A DNA stretch of 64,000 nt from Nitrososphaerales archaeon (GTDB taxonomy: Archaea > Thermoproteota > Nitrososphaeria > Nitrososphaerales > UBA213), in assembly GCA_965197925.1 (NCBI GenBank), contig CBDAOC010000020.1, forward strand, positions 128,001 through 192,000, read 5' to 3'. This document shows positions 11,446 to 23,146 of the stretch, in pieces. The first letter of the stretch is position 1, and every line of letters begins with the position of its first letter. The translations under genes were made by a program, and so were the position numbers. A model generated the notes under the pieces. It saw only the letters and a program-made list of their open reading frames with translations, ran no database searches and was not told the origin of the DNA.

Positions 11446-11910
11446 ATGCGGATCCTGAATAATTTTCGTCGTGTTAAGCAGCTTGTATCGAAAGGCAAGA
11501 TCGTTACCTCAGTTTATGGTTTTGGGCATGTTGGTGCTCCAACTGCGGCAGTATGGCTGAGAGCAGGAGCGAAAGTATAGCTGTAGATAAATTAGATTTC
11601 GTCGTTACTGCGGCTTCATCAGGGAACTTATCTATTTCTGAACCTGGAGTAGAATCAGTATTAAAGACTGCTCTTAGAAAGAAACGGTTCACAGCTACAG
11701 CTGACGCCGTCAAGGCGTCAAAACAATCTGACTTCAAAATATAGCTGTCCCAGTAGGCCTGTCAGACAACTCTGCAGATTTATCTGCCTTGGAAGATGTG
11801 GCAAGCAGCATAGCAAAAGGTCTTAAGAAAAGAGATTTAGTTTCTCTATCAACAACTGTTCCTCCATGTATTACCGAAGAGTTTCTTTTACCAATACTCA
11901 AAAAAAAGAG
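11446..11910 (+). pseudogene. Truncated, frameshifted paralogue of the nucleotide-sugar dehydrogenase at 5638-6993
   Basis: MRILNN...VYGFGHVGAPTAAVWLRAGAK, then shifted segments SEPGVE, SDFKI and KGLKKRDLVSLSTTVPP; runs directly into IS sequence. Confidence 0.85.
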
Positions 11911-11913
11911 CCG

Positions 11914-12324
11914 CGTTAGATACATTGTGAGAGATAAAGGATGTGATGATCATGAGTTACGTGATTTCAGCAGGTATAGGGAGCATCTACTAGTTTCCCA
12001 TTGGAAAGGTACAGGCATGTTGTAGATAATAATAGACCAGGCATTGTTGCAGTTCTATAACTCGGAGTATGGATGGTATGTATATTCTCGGAGGGGCATA
12101 GGCGTTGGGCCATTGATAGAGCAGATAAAGGATGTATTTGATGGATCTACTACCTGTTAGAGGATTTGATAAAGCTAGTATCTTCGCTCTGATTTCTATA
12201 TTGCTATAGCAGCTGATGGTATGCTACAACTAGACAGGAGACCTCTCAGGGCATTGAAGCATATGTTAGGAAGCTAAAGAACCAATATCAAAATAATATT
12301 ATAATTGAATTATGCCCGTGCCTC
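11914..12324 (+). mobile_element. 3' remnant of the IS at 13678-14775 (inverted copy)
   Basis: Shared peptide DDHELRD.SRYREHLLVSHWKGTGML; terminal aattatgcccgtgcctc. Confidence 0.8.
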
Positions 12325-12330
12325 ACTTAT

Positions 12331-13162
12331 TTACATACGTAAAACCCATTTTATCATTTTTTTTAGAAAGTTATTGGCAGTTGTAGAAAGTGGTTCCTTA
12401 TAAGACTGCCATCTGTCATGATATTCTCTAAAATGTTCTTCCTTTGTAATGTGATATAGACGTTCTAGTAATTCTATATGTACATTGTGATATTGTAAGG
12501 CTAGTCCTTCCAAGATATCGTAATAGGAATAACCGTTTGCATCATAACGTGGTAAGTTTTTTTTCAAAGCAAACACACCTTGATCAAAAAGATATTTTGC
12601 ATCTTCATGTCCAGTAAATTCATAATATTCGTAAATTCCTAACATAGCATACATCATACCGTTCAAAACTCTTGATTCTTTAACCCTCCCATTACTGGCA
12701 TATTCTTCATACCACCATCCATCTCTTTCTGTTTTATAGGTAACACCTCCTCCTTAACTTCCACAAAAAATGAATTTAGAAGGGCATTAGCAGTATCCAA
12801 ATACTTTTGGTCTCGTGAGACATCGTAAGCCCTCTTCAATGCCTGTATAGCCTGACCTTGAGCCATAGCTGATCGCCACAGAGGTGTTAAGTTGTACTTC
12901 GGCCATGGAAATTTATATTCTAAAATTTTGTAGTTCCCATATGGTAAAGCATTATCTGCTAACCAATTGGAACAATTCAGAAATAGTTCTCTAGTTTTTT
13001 GTCTCTATTATTTCTAAAATTGTCATGATAGTTAATAGCGGTCTGACTTATCGTAACTGGGTTTCTCTGTTTTCCAATACAGATCCCATAAAGATATCCA
13101 TAATCTATGGGAATACCTAAGTTATCTAAAATTATCTTACTGTTTCCCATATCCTCATACAA
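12331..13162 (-). pseudogene. D-glucuronyl C5-epimerase family protein, frameshifted into three pieces
   Basis: Segments NPVTISQ, SAMAQGQAIQALKRAY and LNGMMYAMLGIYEYY...YHNVHI. Confidence 0.75.
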
Positions 13163-13189
13163 TCATGTCTAACAATATATTTGTAAGTT

Positions 13190-13591
13190 CTATCGTTCCG
13201 ACTCCGCCTTTTCCAATACTTCCAATTTTCTATTTAGCTCCTTAACTTCTTTTGAAATTCCCTTTAATTCTCGCAACATCATCTGAACATAAGGATTTTG
13301 CTCCGCCATAATAGTTGCCTCTATTCTTAACTGGTTCTTGTTATGCCAATGTCCTATCCCAATCGCTGTTGGCACATATATTACTGCAAATATTATCGCA
13401 AAAATCCATAAGTTGATAAGTATATCTTGAAAAGAAGACAGGCGTTCTATCAGTAACCTATATTGAATTACAATAAAGTTCGCGAATGTCATAGCAAATA
13501 TTAAGTACAAACTATGACCCATTCTAAAGTCGAACCATCTTCGTCTCATCCACTTCTTATCAAAGGACCTATTTCCCAATGTAACCAACAA
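13190..13591 (-). CDS. Two-TM membrane protein with C-terminal coiled coil
   Basis: Two hydrophobic helices and a heptad-like tail. Confidence 0.7.
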   Translation of the reverse strand: MLVTLGNRSFDKKWMRRRWFDFRMGHSLYLIFAMTFANFIVIQYRLLIERLSSFQDILINLWIFAIIFAVIYVPTAIGIGHWHNKNQLRIEATIMAEQNPYVQMMLRELKGISKEVKELNRKLEVLEKAESER

Positions 13592-13677
13592 AAGACTATC
13601 CTTATATTAATACTAGATATTCATTAACCTCAAGTTGAAATAGATGAATAGTATGCGTGAGCATTAACGAGATAATT

Positions 13678-14775
13678 GAGGCATGGGCATAATTTCATAA
13701 CAAAAATAACCTGATGCATCTGATTGACTAACTTCCAGGCATATGCTTCAATGCCCTTAATGGCCTTCCTGCCAGATGTAGTACACCATTACCTGATACA
13801 ACAATACAGATAACTATGCAATGCTCCCTGCCTTATCGAACCCCCTAACTGGCAATGGATCTATGGCAAATACATCCTTCATGTGCTCTATCAATGGCCC
13901 AACGCCTATATGCCCCTCCGAGAATATACATACCATCCATACTCCGAGTTATAGAACTGCAACAATGCCTGGTCTATTATTATCTACAACATGCCTGTAC
14001 CTTTCCAATGGGAAACTAGTAGATGCTCCCTATACCTGCTGGAATCACGTAACTCATGATCATCATATCCTTCATCTCCTACAACATACCTTACCATTCC
14101 TGTAGGCAATGAAGATGTCATGCTTTCATACATCTTGTTATCAGTAATGTTAGCTGTTGTGAAATCAGCTGATAATGGAACCATCAATGAACCTGTGCTA
14201 CATGTAGATGCAGTTTGTATCCGAACATCCATCCCTTGGTTCTACTGAATCCCCATTTTGCATCTGAATCTATACCTGAACGCGGTACTTCATTCTTCCC
14301 CATGCCGGATTTGTGCCATGCATGTCCCTTTGCTTTCAACAAGGAACCGTCAACGGATATTATTGCCGGGTCTGCCAACCCATCTTTTACGAAGGGCATG
14401 CCCATGGCATCCATCCTTGATCTTATGTCAACTGATATTACCTTGAACCTTCTGTCGAATGTTCTTCTGTCTGGTAATCTATCAAGACCACATGCCTTCA
14501 TTACCTTCCTGTTGTATGGCATGTCTATCGAAAAGTATTCATGCAAGGCATATTGTTGCCTGGTATTCTTACCCATACCTTTACGATGAAGCATCCCATC
14601 ATTACCGTGGAAGAATAGTAGAATGGTCTCCCCTTTTCCCATCAGGTTTTGACCGAGGAATCACGCTAATCAAAAATAATATACGAAGAAGTATGGAGTC
14701 TGGGCTAAACACATCAACAATTGGAACTGGAACCTGATCTTATCGTTTCGAGCTACTTAATTATGCCCAAGCCTC
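13678..14775 (-). mobile_element. Full-length but degenerate DDE insertion sequence (IS982/IS5-like transposase)
   Basis: 17-bp terminal inverted repeats gaggcatgggcataatt / aattatgcccaagcctc (1 mismatch), AATT on both flanks; ISVDGS and DAKWG...GWMFGYKLHL motifs; frameshifted. Confidence 0.85.
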
Positions 14776-14779
14776 AATT

Positions 14780-15119
14780 AATTCCTGAAGATAAGAATCT
14801 ATTTTTTAGGTTAATCCTGAATTTCGGTTTGAATACTACAAATTTAAAGCCATGTTTTTCGAGCGTGCCTTTAATTTTGCTAGTTCTAGGATGCGGGTCA
14901 GGGCTCATATGAATGTAAGTTATACAGATCTGTTATACAGATCTGTCTGGAGGAATTTTCCACGCTCAAGTTTTGAGTTGCATTAGATCTTGGGTTGGTT
15001 TTACCTTCCATGATTCCTGCATCTCCCATCCTATGATTTAAGATATTTACAAGTATAGAATAGGCACGTAATATACCTAATTCAAGCTGTCTTATGGGTT
15101 TCCAGTATACTTCGTTCAT
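14780..15119 (-). pseudogene. 5' remnant of a glycosyltransferase paralogous to 22014-23132
   Basis: Removing a 13-nt duplication (14919-14944) gives RQICITYIHMSPDPHPRTSKIKGTLEKHGFKFVVFKPKFRINLKNRFLSSGIN, closely matching the 22014 protein. Confidence 0.8.
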
Positions 15120-16336
15120 ACACTCTTCATTTTCATAAGCTCTTGATAAACTGAAAGTAACCTCTTGCCTACTCCTCGCAAAGAGTAATCCTTTTCAATC
15201 TTATCTCGTGCATTTTTAGCAATTTTCTTTGATAGTTCTTTATCGGATAGAACACTTGATATCTTTTGGGAGAAATCCACTGGGTTATTCGGTTCTGCCA
15301 TCAAAAAAGTGGCATTGGCATCCATCAGTTCTCTTACACCTGCTACATCTGTTGCAACCACGGGCAGTCCTGATGCCATCGCCTCTAAAAGCTTAACCGG
15401 TACTGCTATCTCAGTAGTTTTGATCTTCGGTCTAGGAATTATAAACACAGTTGCTTGTCTCATGATATTTGGTATTTCGGAATGAGGTAATTGATAAAAC
15501 TTCACTTTATGTCCAATAGCGAGCTCTCGTGCTATTCTCATGTATTTTTTATCTGGATCGGTAGTAACAACATGTAATGTCACATCGCTCATCTGCTGGC
15601 AAACCATAGCAAAGGACATCAACATAAAATCTATACCTTGCCACTTCTGTAAACCACCAACGTACAAAATTATCTTCTCCTCTCTCTTTTCTTGCGCTGT
15701 AGATAGGTCAGGTTTAAATTTTCCTTCATCGACTGCAAATGATACTATTCGAACCTTTTCTTCAGATACGTACTGCTTCACTATTTCTGCTACACCCAAA
15801 CTAGAGGCTATTATCATATTAGCCAGTTTGAATCCTACACTTTCCACGGTTCGCATTATCCTTACTTTGGAGCTGTGTGGAGAGAGACCCTTGTCAACCA
15901 TTTCGATAGACATAATTGCAGCCTCAAGTACCACGGGTTTTCTTTTAGAGATCTTATTTACTAATAGCATTGCTAGAGCAACATATGGATGGCGTACATG
16001 AAACAATTGCACAGGATATTTCTGTGCTACATTATGAGCCTTTGTAGCAAGTCTCAAAGGATTTAGAAGCATATCAGCCACAAAGTTAAGGTATGGAAGA
16101 CATATGTACCGAGTTCTGTGAATCTTGATGCCCTCTTCAATGTCTGGTTCCTCTCTATTGGAACCACTATATGTCACTAAATGAACTTCTGCGCCACACT
16201 TCCGTATAGCTTTGCATCTATTGATAATATTCACAGAATCCCCTCTACTACTTGGTATAGGTGCTGTAACAACCATGCAAATTTTCATATTTGAGTTGGG
16301 GGTCACAACCATGGAAATTTCACAGCCTTTTTTCAC
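15116..16336 (-). CDS. GT4 glycosyltransferase
   Basis: ILYVGGLQKWQGID; PVKLLEAMASGLPVVATDV. Confidence 0.9.
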   Translation of the reverse strand: MKKGCEISMVVTPNSNMKICMVVTAPIPSSRGDSVNIINRCKAIRKCGAEVHLVTYSGSNREEPDIEEGIKIHRTRYICLPYLNFVADMLLNPLRLATKAHNVAQKYPVQLFHVRHPYVALAMLLVNKISKRKPVVLEAAIMSIEMVDKGLSPHSSKVRIMRTVESVGFKLANMIIASSLGVAEIVKQYVSEEKVRIVSFAVDEGKFKPDLSTAQEKREEKIILYVGGLQKWQGIDFMLMSFAMVCQQMSDVTLHVVTTDPDKKYMRIARELAIGHKVKFYQLPHSEIPNIMRQATVFIIPRPKIKTTEIAVPVKLLEAMASGLPVVATDVAGVRELMDANATFLMAEPNNPVDFSQKISSVLSDKELSKKIAKNARDKIEKDYSLRGVGKRLLSVYQELMKMKSV

Positions 16337-16699
16337 TATTTAAATATTAGACATAAGAATTAGTGTGATCGAATATCGTGTCTTCTATGTAATAAGAGAG
16401 ATTTCAACAAATACAGATAATATGATCAGGATTTGCTCTCAAGAGTATACTACGGCAATTCTTGATGCAAAAATGAAATGTCAAATTATTGTAACGGAAT
16501 GTTTTTAGTCTGATTAGTCTTCAGCTAGATTTGGTGCCTGCTAGATCAGCATTTTTGAGATTCATGAAGGATATATTGTGGGTCGCTTATATTGAATGTG
16601 ATTATATTGAATGTGATTACCAACGGTTTATCATTGAATTAAAATTCAGCCGATTGTTGAAACATATTAAAAAGTAACATATCTATTTATTTCAAATCT

Positions 16700-17029
16700 T
16701 CGAATTCAACAACCAACATTGTTGACTTGTGAATAAGTTACTAAATTTGAGTCTGATGCTATTAATAAGTAGTCTATCTAGTTTTGAATTGTACTGAAAG
16801 GTCTTAAAGTCTAGAATGCTAATCCCTAGATTTTGCAAAACATTTCAAAATCCTTGATAGACCAGTGATACAGATGTGTAAATGATTGCCTGGGAAAATA
16901 TCCTTTTAACAGCTGAATTCTCCATTTTATATAGGCGCTATTGGGTATAGCTACTATCACAGCTTTTCTTGCCTGATGAATTGCTTCTGAGAGTAGTCTA
17001 TCTATATTAATAATATGTTCTAGAACTTC
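16700..17029 (-). pseudogene. Class I SAM-dependent methyltransferase remnant (MetW-like C-terminal half)
   Basis: EVLEHIINIDRLLSEA...VIVAIPNSAYIKWRIQLLKGYFP...HLYHWSIKDFEMFC; no N-terminus; internal TAG at 16826-16828. Confidence 0.65.
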
Positions 17030-17124
17030 CTAGCATCTTGATCTCTCAACAATATATATGGAAAACAAGTCCAAGGCAGGTCAGGCATGAATAATTGATA
17101 GTGGAGTCTAGATGCTTAGCCTAA

Positions 17125-18160
17125 GAGCCTATCCTAAAATTCTAGCTGATAGTTAACGATTGGTAGAAATGATAACGTTTAGAATGCAAGAATATTAGTT
17201 CATACTGTCAGGTTTAGTTTTCTTGCTATTGATTTTATTAGTATTGTAGATAGTAGATACTAGAAACAGTTGCATTAACGTGTTTATGACACTACCAATA
17301 TATCGCTCTATACACTATTAGACAGTTAGCAAATTGCAATGCTCGATAATTCTCTCTCTTCTCGAATCTTATCAATAACTTTCTGAACCTGTTATGCCAA
17401 GATGCGGTTCTTTCTACAATTCATCTCTTTGCTTTGTACAAATTCTTTTTCAACACTTCATCCTTATGACGCGTGTGATCTACATATACCCTTCCTAACT
17501 CCATACTCTATCTCAGGAAAATCATATCCTATTCATGCATATGTTCTGTTTAACTTTGGGCCTATCAACAACAATGCTATCTATTGTAGGAAAGGCTGAT
17601 TTCATATCGTGTTTATTTGCTCCAGTAATTACAGATGAGAGAGGAATACCTCTTCTATCAACCAGCATGTGACGTTTGGTACCTAGCTTGCCTCTATCCG
17701 TTGGGTTTGCTCCGGTCGTTTTCCCCCTAATGGGGCCTTCGATACGCTATCCATGTATTGCCAGTCCCATCCTATACTCTTCAATTCATCATATATTTCC
17801 AGTAGCCTCTTCCATACCTTCTCGAATACTCCTATGCTAACCCATTCCTGAAATCTTGCATGGCAGGTTGAGCCAGAACCAAATTCTTTCGGCACCTTCT
17901 TCCACTGGCATCCAGTTCTTAATACATACAGTATTCCATTCAATACTTTTCTAAATGACACAGCTGGTCTTCCAACTGTTCCTGCCGGTTTCCCTGGTGG
18001 CAGCACTAGTTCGAGCTCTTCCCATAGATCGTCTGGTATATGCCATATGGTTGACATGCTCTTTTTCTTAGCTTTTATCACAAATTTAGCTAGAGAGGAC
18101 AGATCTAGATCTGTTTCGGTATAAACAATTAGGCTATGATGTTAATTTTAGTACAGGCTC
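17125..18160 (-). mobile_element. IS5-family element (two-frame transposase, degenerate)
   Basis: Terminal repeats gagcctatcctaaaatt / aattttagtacaggctc with TAA on both flanks; orfA ILYVLRTGCQWKKVP (17683-18081). Confidence 0.9.
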
Positions 18161-18196
18161 TAAGACTTATTAAGAAACGCAATATACTCTTAGAAA

Positions 18197-19126
18197 TTGC
18201 ATAATGATAGAATTCTAGTAACTGGAGGTGCTGGTTTTATAGGAAGTCATACCGTTGATACTCTAGTAGAAAATGGATATGAAGTTATAGTTCTTGATAA
18301 TCTCAGTACCGGTAAACTTGATAACATAAAATCTTATGTTGATAATAGGGATATCAAATTCATAAAAGGTGATATAAGGAATCACAACATCGTCAAGAAA
18401 GCGATACAGGGATGTATTGCCGTAATTCATCTGGCTGCTATAGGAAGTGTCCCTCAATCTATCAAGGACCCCCTAATAGTAAATAGTGTTAATGTTAATG
18501 GAACACTAAATGTTTTGAATTCTGCCATCAGCTCAAAGATCAGCAAGTTCATATTTGCTTCTTCAGCAGCAGTGTATGGAGATGCAGAACCACCCCATCG
18601 TGAAGAATTGCGCCTGATGGCATTATCGCCTTATGCGGCAACAAAAATAGCTGGAGAATATCTCTGTGAATCTTTCCAGACATCCTATGAGCTACCTGTC
18701 TGGATACTTCGATACTTCAATGTCTATGGGCCAAGAATGAAAAGTGACACTTATGGTTCCGTTATCATAAGCTTTGGAAAGAAAATCGCAGCAAATAGGC
18801 AACCAATAATAAATGGTGATGGTAAACAAATTAGAGACTTTATACATGTTATGGATGTTGTGAAAGCCACTTTGCTGGCATTGAAAAGCCAAAACGTAAC
18901 TGGAGATGTATATAATGTAGGTACAGGAAAGCCTACCAGTATTATATCCCTATGTAGTATCCTTATGGAAATTCTAGGTCGAAAAATAAAACCCAAGTAT
19001 GTTAGTGCCAGGCCAGGAGAAGTAAAGGAGAGTTATCCAGATATATCGTTGATTAGAAAGAAATTAGGTTTCAATACTAGTATTTCTCTCAGGAAAGGAT
19101 TGAAGATGCTGCTAACTGAATCCTGA
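18197..19126 (+). CDS. NAD-dependent nucleotide-sugar epimerase/dehydratase (GalE/WbpP-like)
   Basis: TGGAGFIGSH, YAATK, RYFNVYGP, RDFIHV. Confidence 0.9.
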   Translation: MHNDRILVTGGAGFIGSHTVDTLVENGYEVIVLDNLSTGKLDNIKSYVDNRDIKFIKGDIRNHNIVKKAIQGCIAVIHLAAIGSVPQSIKDPLIVNSVNVNGTLNVLNSAISSKISKFIFASSAAVYGDAEPPHREELRLMALSPYAATKIAGEYLCESFQTSYELPVWILRYFNVYGPRMKSDTYGSVIISFGKKIAANRQPIINGDGKQIRDFIHVMDVVKATLLALKSQNVTGDVYNVGTGKPTSIISLCSILMEILGRKIKPKYVSARPGEVKESYPDISLIRKKLGFNTSISLRKGLKMLLTES

Positions 19127-19197
19127 ATGATCTCCGTAGCAAATTTTGTGTAATGCAGCCTAGAAGAGATATATGTTGACTGGAGCGGACTTGAACT

Positions 19198-20079
19198 ATG
19201 ATCGGCGTAATAGGCGGAAATTTTTTTGCTAATGCTTTGGTCCAAGAATTGGAAAAAACTGTAGACATAAAATTGATTTCAACTGATTTAAGAGATCCCC
19301 AACTAGCAAAGAAAGCCGCAGATAGAGAAATCATCCATTACATATATTCTCCTATAGTCACTGTTGGTGGATTGCGCAGCGTGCAGAAACTAAAAAAAAT
19401 GAAGAAGAAAATCATCATCCATTGGATAGGAACTGATGTTTATAATGCCCTTAACAGCCATAAGTCAAAGTTCATTACAAAAAAGTACAAGGATCTGATC
19501 GATGTTCACCTTGCAGTGCATTCTAGATTAGTGAATGAACTTAATTCCGTGGGGATAAGTTGCCAAGAAGTTCCATTACCGACATTCAGACTTTATCCGG
19601 TCAACCCAATACCTGTAAAAAAGAAGATCCTGGTCTATCTTCCCGACTCGACAAGTGATTTTTTCGGGAAGTCAGTGATCAATAAATTATTCGATTCCTT
19701 CCCAGAGTTAGACTTTATAGTTCTGCCAAACTCTGGTAAAGATCACAGTAGAACAAATGTAACCTGCTTGTCATGGGTTGATAATATGGAAGAAATCTAT
19801 CGGGATATTGCTCTATTCATCAGATTACCGGTCCATGATGGCCTCCCAAATTCTGTTATAGAAGCTTTATCGATGGGTAGATATGTTATTTACTCTCAAG
19901 AGTTTCCCTATTGTGAGTATGCATCATCATTTGAGGAAGTTAAGACAAACCTAATGAATATACTACAAAAATCTTCACCTAACCAAGAAGGTTCAAATTA
20001 TGTTTATAGAAATTATAACAAGAACAGAATTATCGAGAAAATACTCGATATTTATAAACAACTCAGATTCGATCAGTGA
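19198..20079 (+). CDS. Glycosyltransferase-like protein
   Basis: IHWIGTDV; HDGLPNSVIEALSMGR. Confidence 0.75.
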   Translation: MIGVIGGNFFANALVQELEKTVDIKLISTDLRDPQLAKKAADREIIHYIYSPIVTVGGLRSVQKLKKMKKKIIIHWIGTDVYNALNSHKSKFITKKYKDLIDVHLAVHSRLVNELNSVGISCQEVPLPTFRLYPVNPIPVKKKILVYLPDSTSDFFGKSVINKLFDSFPELDFIVLPNSGKDHSRTNVTCLSWVDNMEEIYRDIALFIRLPVHDGLPNSVIEALSMGRYVIYSQEFPYCEYASSFEEVKTNLMNILQKSSPNQEGSNYVYRNYNKNRIIEKILDIYKQLRFDQ

Positions 20080-20209
20080 GAGGATTACTTATTGGTATAA
20101 ACCTACTTCTATCATTAAATATTTATTGATGATTTAGCCGTACTAATATGGAGTAATGCCAAAAGTGGTTTAGGCGAAGATGGTATGACTTCAGAAGTGG
20201 TCATACTCT

Positions 20210-21093
20210 CAACTCATCTCAAAACTAACCATTTAGACAATTTTTAGCGACCATTTAGATCCATGAATAGCGACATCTAAAATTATTTTATGAAATTCCA
20301 AGAATTATCAGACAAACAGTGGAGTATGATGGAATCACACATACCACCACATGCAAAAACTGGCAGGCCTAGGGATTATGATAGAAAAATCATTAACGGA
20401 ATAATCCATGTTCTAACTACTGGATGCCGATGGGACGATATGCCAAAAAGATATGGTGATGATTCTACTGCAAACAGAGGGTTAAACAAATGGCAACAAA
20501 AAGGAATCTGGAAAAAGATTCTATCACGTACTATTCACTCAGCACATAAATCTGGCAAAATTAATCTAAAAAAAATATCAGTTGACTCTTCATCCATTCC
20601 TGATAAAAAAGGGGCAATGTAACTGGATATAATGGATTCAAGAGAATAACAGGTACAAAAATACATGCCGCAGTAGAGGGTAACGGATTTCCAATATCCA
20701 TACTGTTGAGTCCAGCAAATGAACATGACAGTACAAAATGCATGGATGTTACAGGATCAATTTCAGACTATCTTGATGATGATTCAATACAACAGATAGA
20801 ACCAGTTTATGCAGACAAAGGGCATGATGCAAAATACATCAGAATGTATTTGTGGTTGTGGAATAGAAATATTGCATGTTGCATCCCATACAAAATAAAT
20901 TCCAAGTTCATCTTGCAAAATAATGATTGCAAACATTACAACAAGACAAGATTTGTAGTTGAGAGATTCCTTGCATGGCTCAAGAATGGATTTCACAGAA
21001 CAAGAACCAGGTATGAAAGAACGGCAGAAAACTATCTGGCATTTGTTAATCCCGCATCATTTTTGATGTATTGTAGGGTTTTGAGATGAGTTG
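20210..21093 (+). mobile_element. IS5-family (IS427-group-like) element, orfA/orfB with probable -1 frameshift
   Basis: Perfect 16-bp terminal inverted repeat caactcatctcaaaac; orfA 20290-20622; AAAAAAG at orfA end; RFVVERFLAWLK in orfB. Confidence 0.9.
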
Positions 21094-21941
21094 CTGACAT
21101 AATTCACGCTCATAATTTATTTGCAGCAAAGTTAGCGTCAGAATTCGATGTTCCGTTAGTTTTCGATGATCATGAATATATGTCGATGCGTGTTAAGGCT
21201 CTAACTGAGACATTAAAAAATAAATCAGTGAGGAAAAAATCTTCGCTTTGGCTTGCAAACAGGAAATGGCCTAAATGGGAACGAGTTTTGATCGAGTCAG
21301 TTCCCACCATAGTTGCATCAGATGTCGTAGCACAGGAATACAAAAGCAAGGGAAGTAGGGTGTTTGTTGTGCCCAATTATCCCAACAAAGACGAAGTTAA
21401 AGAGTTTAGTTCGGTAAAGACAATAGATTCCAAACTTTCGTCCGTTTATGTAGGCTTCGACAGTGAAACAGAACCACTTCCGCACAGGAATATTGTAGGT
21501 TTCACCAACCTTTTTTTCCTGCATGATATTGGCAACTTGACAATGATAGGCGCAAAGGGCATTAGTAGACTTCCTGTCAATTATACAGGGCCGCTTATCA
21601 GGAGAGATATGTATCAAGAGATGAGCAAACATCACATTGGTATAATACCTTGGAGGAAACACTGGCTTCATAAGTATAGCAATCCCAATAAGGCATTTGA
21701 ATACGTGCATTCAGGCCTCTTTGTGTTAACAGTAGGTACCTTAGATTATGTTACAACAAATCTTAGGGAACACTGCATCGCTTTCGACGATTACGATGAA
21801 CTTATTAAACATCTTTCTTATATAAAAGAGCACATCGATGTGGTTAACAAGAAAAGAATTGCGAGTCTTCGATACGCTCGTGAATATTTGCTGTGGGAGA
21901 GGTATGAACAAAACATATTTGAATCCTACAAAATCGCCTAA
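21094..21941 (+). pseudogene. Glycosyltransferase lacking its N-terminus (abuts the IS)
   Basis: Frame is open from the IS end (DIIHAHNLFAAK...FDDHEY) into ORF 21180; SNPNKAFEY motif. Confidence 0.7.
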
Positions 21942-22013
21942 ATTACGCTTACCATGCGCTAAATCTATGCTTAATAATATCTTTAATCAAACAAAATCAG
22001 GAATTCGTAAGTT

Positions 22014-23132
22014 ATGAACGACGGCCTCAGATTTAATTCGATTCAAAGTATGGATTCGCGATATCGAGGTAGACAGATCTCTATAACGTATCTTCATACT
22101 AATCCTGACCTGCACCCTAGAACTCACAAAATTAAAGATAGTCTTGAAAAGCATGGATTTAGATTTGCGGTGTTCAAACCAAGGTACAGAATCAACCTTA
22201 GGAATAGAATATTATCTTCAGGGATTAATTACTTCTTGTTTTTCTGGCAAAGCCTTTTTGTTCCAGGGGACATTTTATGGATTGCCAATTGTCCCGATAC
22301 CGTTGGTGTAGGACCATGGTTGACTGGGAAAAAGTATGTTTATGATTATCGCTCTCCATGGTCCAAAGAAGTTGAAATTGAATTCGGGAAGGGGATCTTT
22401 TCTAAATTGGCAGGTTTGATCGAACGGAGAGTAAGAAAAGGTGCAAGTGCAATAGTTGTGGTATCATCTAAAATGCTAAATGATGTAAAACTTTTAGGGA
22501 AACCCGTCTTTGTGGTACCGAACTATCCTTCGAGATACTTTGTACCTTCCGAAAGTAAAGAATCTGTGCGGACTATTGTCGGTTCCAGTCAGGATACTAA
22601 GGTTGTCCTCTTTGTGGGAAAACTAAGTCGTGTAGAAGGAGCCGATATGCTTGGAAAGATTGCTGAAAAGATAAGTTCCAAGAACGGTTTTGAACTATGG
22701 ATAGTGGGTGATGGCCCGTTAAGACCGCACATCAAAGATTTAACAAATAGATTTTCGGGAGTTGTGAGATTCTTTGGATGGGTTGATCACAAAGATATAC
22801 CAAACTACATTGGAGCAGCAGACGTGTGTATTGTTCCTAGGCATGCCAATACCTTGGCCTACTATTATAGTGAACAGGGTGTACACAAGATAGCTGAATA
22901 CATAGCTTTAGGGAAACCAGTTGTAGCTTGCAATATTGCTGAATCTGACAATTACATTCTTGTGCCTGAGGATTCATTTATTGATGGCATAGAAAAAGCC
23001 ATTAACGGAGGTATTACTAACGCAAAAAGAGGGTTCTGGGAAACTGATAGCGAACCTAGACTGGTCGAAGTAATATCTTCAATTCTTACTTATAATGATG
23101 AAAAGAAACTACCACACCATGATATGAAATAA
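22014..23132 (+). CDS. GT4 glycosyltransferase
   Basis: LFVGKLSRVEG, IVGDGP, KIAEYIALGKPVV. Confidence 0.9.
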   Translation: MNDGLRFNSIQSMDSRYRGRQISITYLHTNPDLHPRTHKIKDSLEKHGFRFAVFKPRYRINLRNRILSSGINYFLFFWQSLFVPGDILWIANCPDTVGVGPWLTGKKYVYDYRSPWSKEVEIEFGKGIFSKLAGLIERRVRKGASAIVVVSSKMLNDVKLLGKPVFVVPNYPSRYFVPSESKESVRTIVGSSQDTKVVLFVGKLSRVEGADMLGKIAEKISSKNGFELWIVGDGPLRPHIKDLTNRFSGVVRFFGWVDHKDIPNYIGAADVCIVPRHANTLAYYYSEQGVHKIAEYIALGKPVVACNIAESDNYILVPEDSFIDGIEKAINGGITNAKRGFWETDSEPRLVEVISSILTYNDEKKLPHHDMK

Positions 23133-23146
23133 GAGGATTTCTAGCG

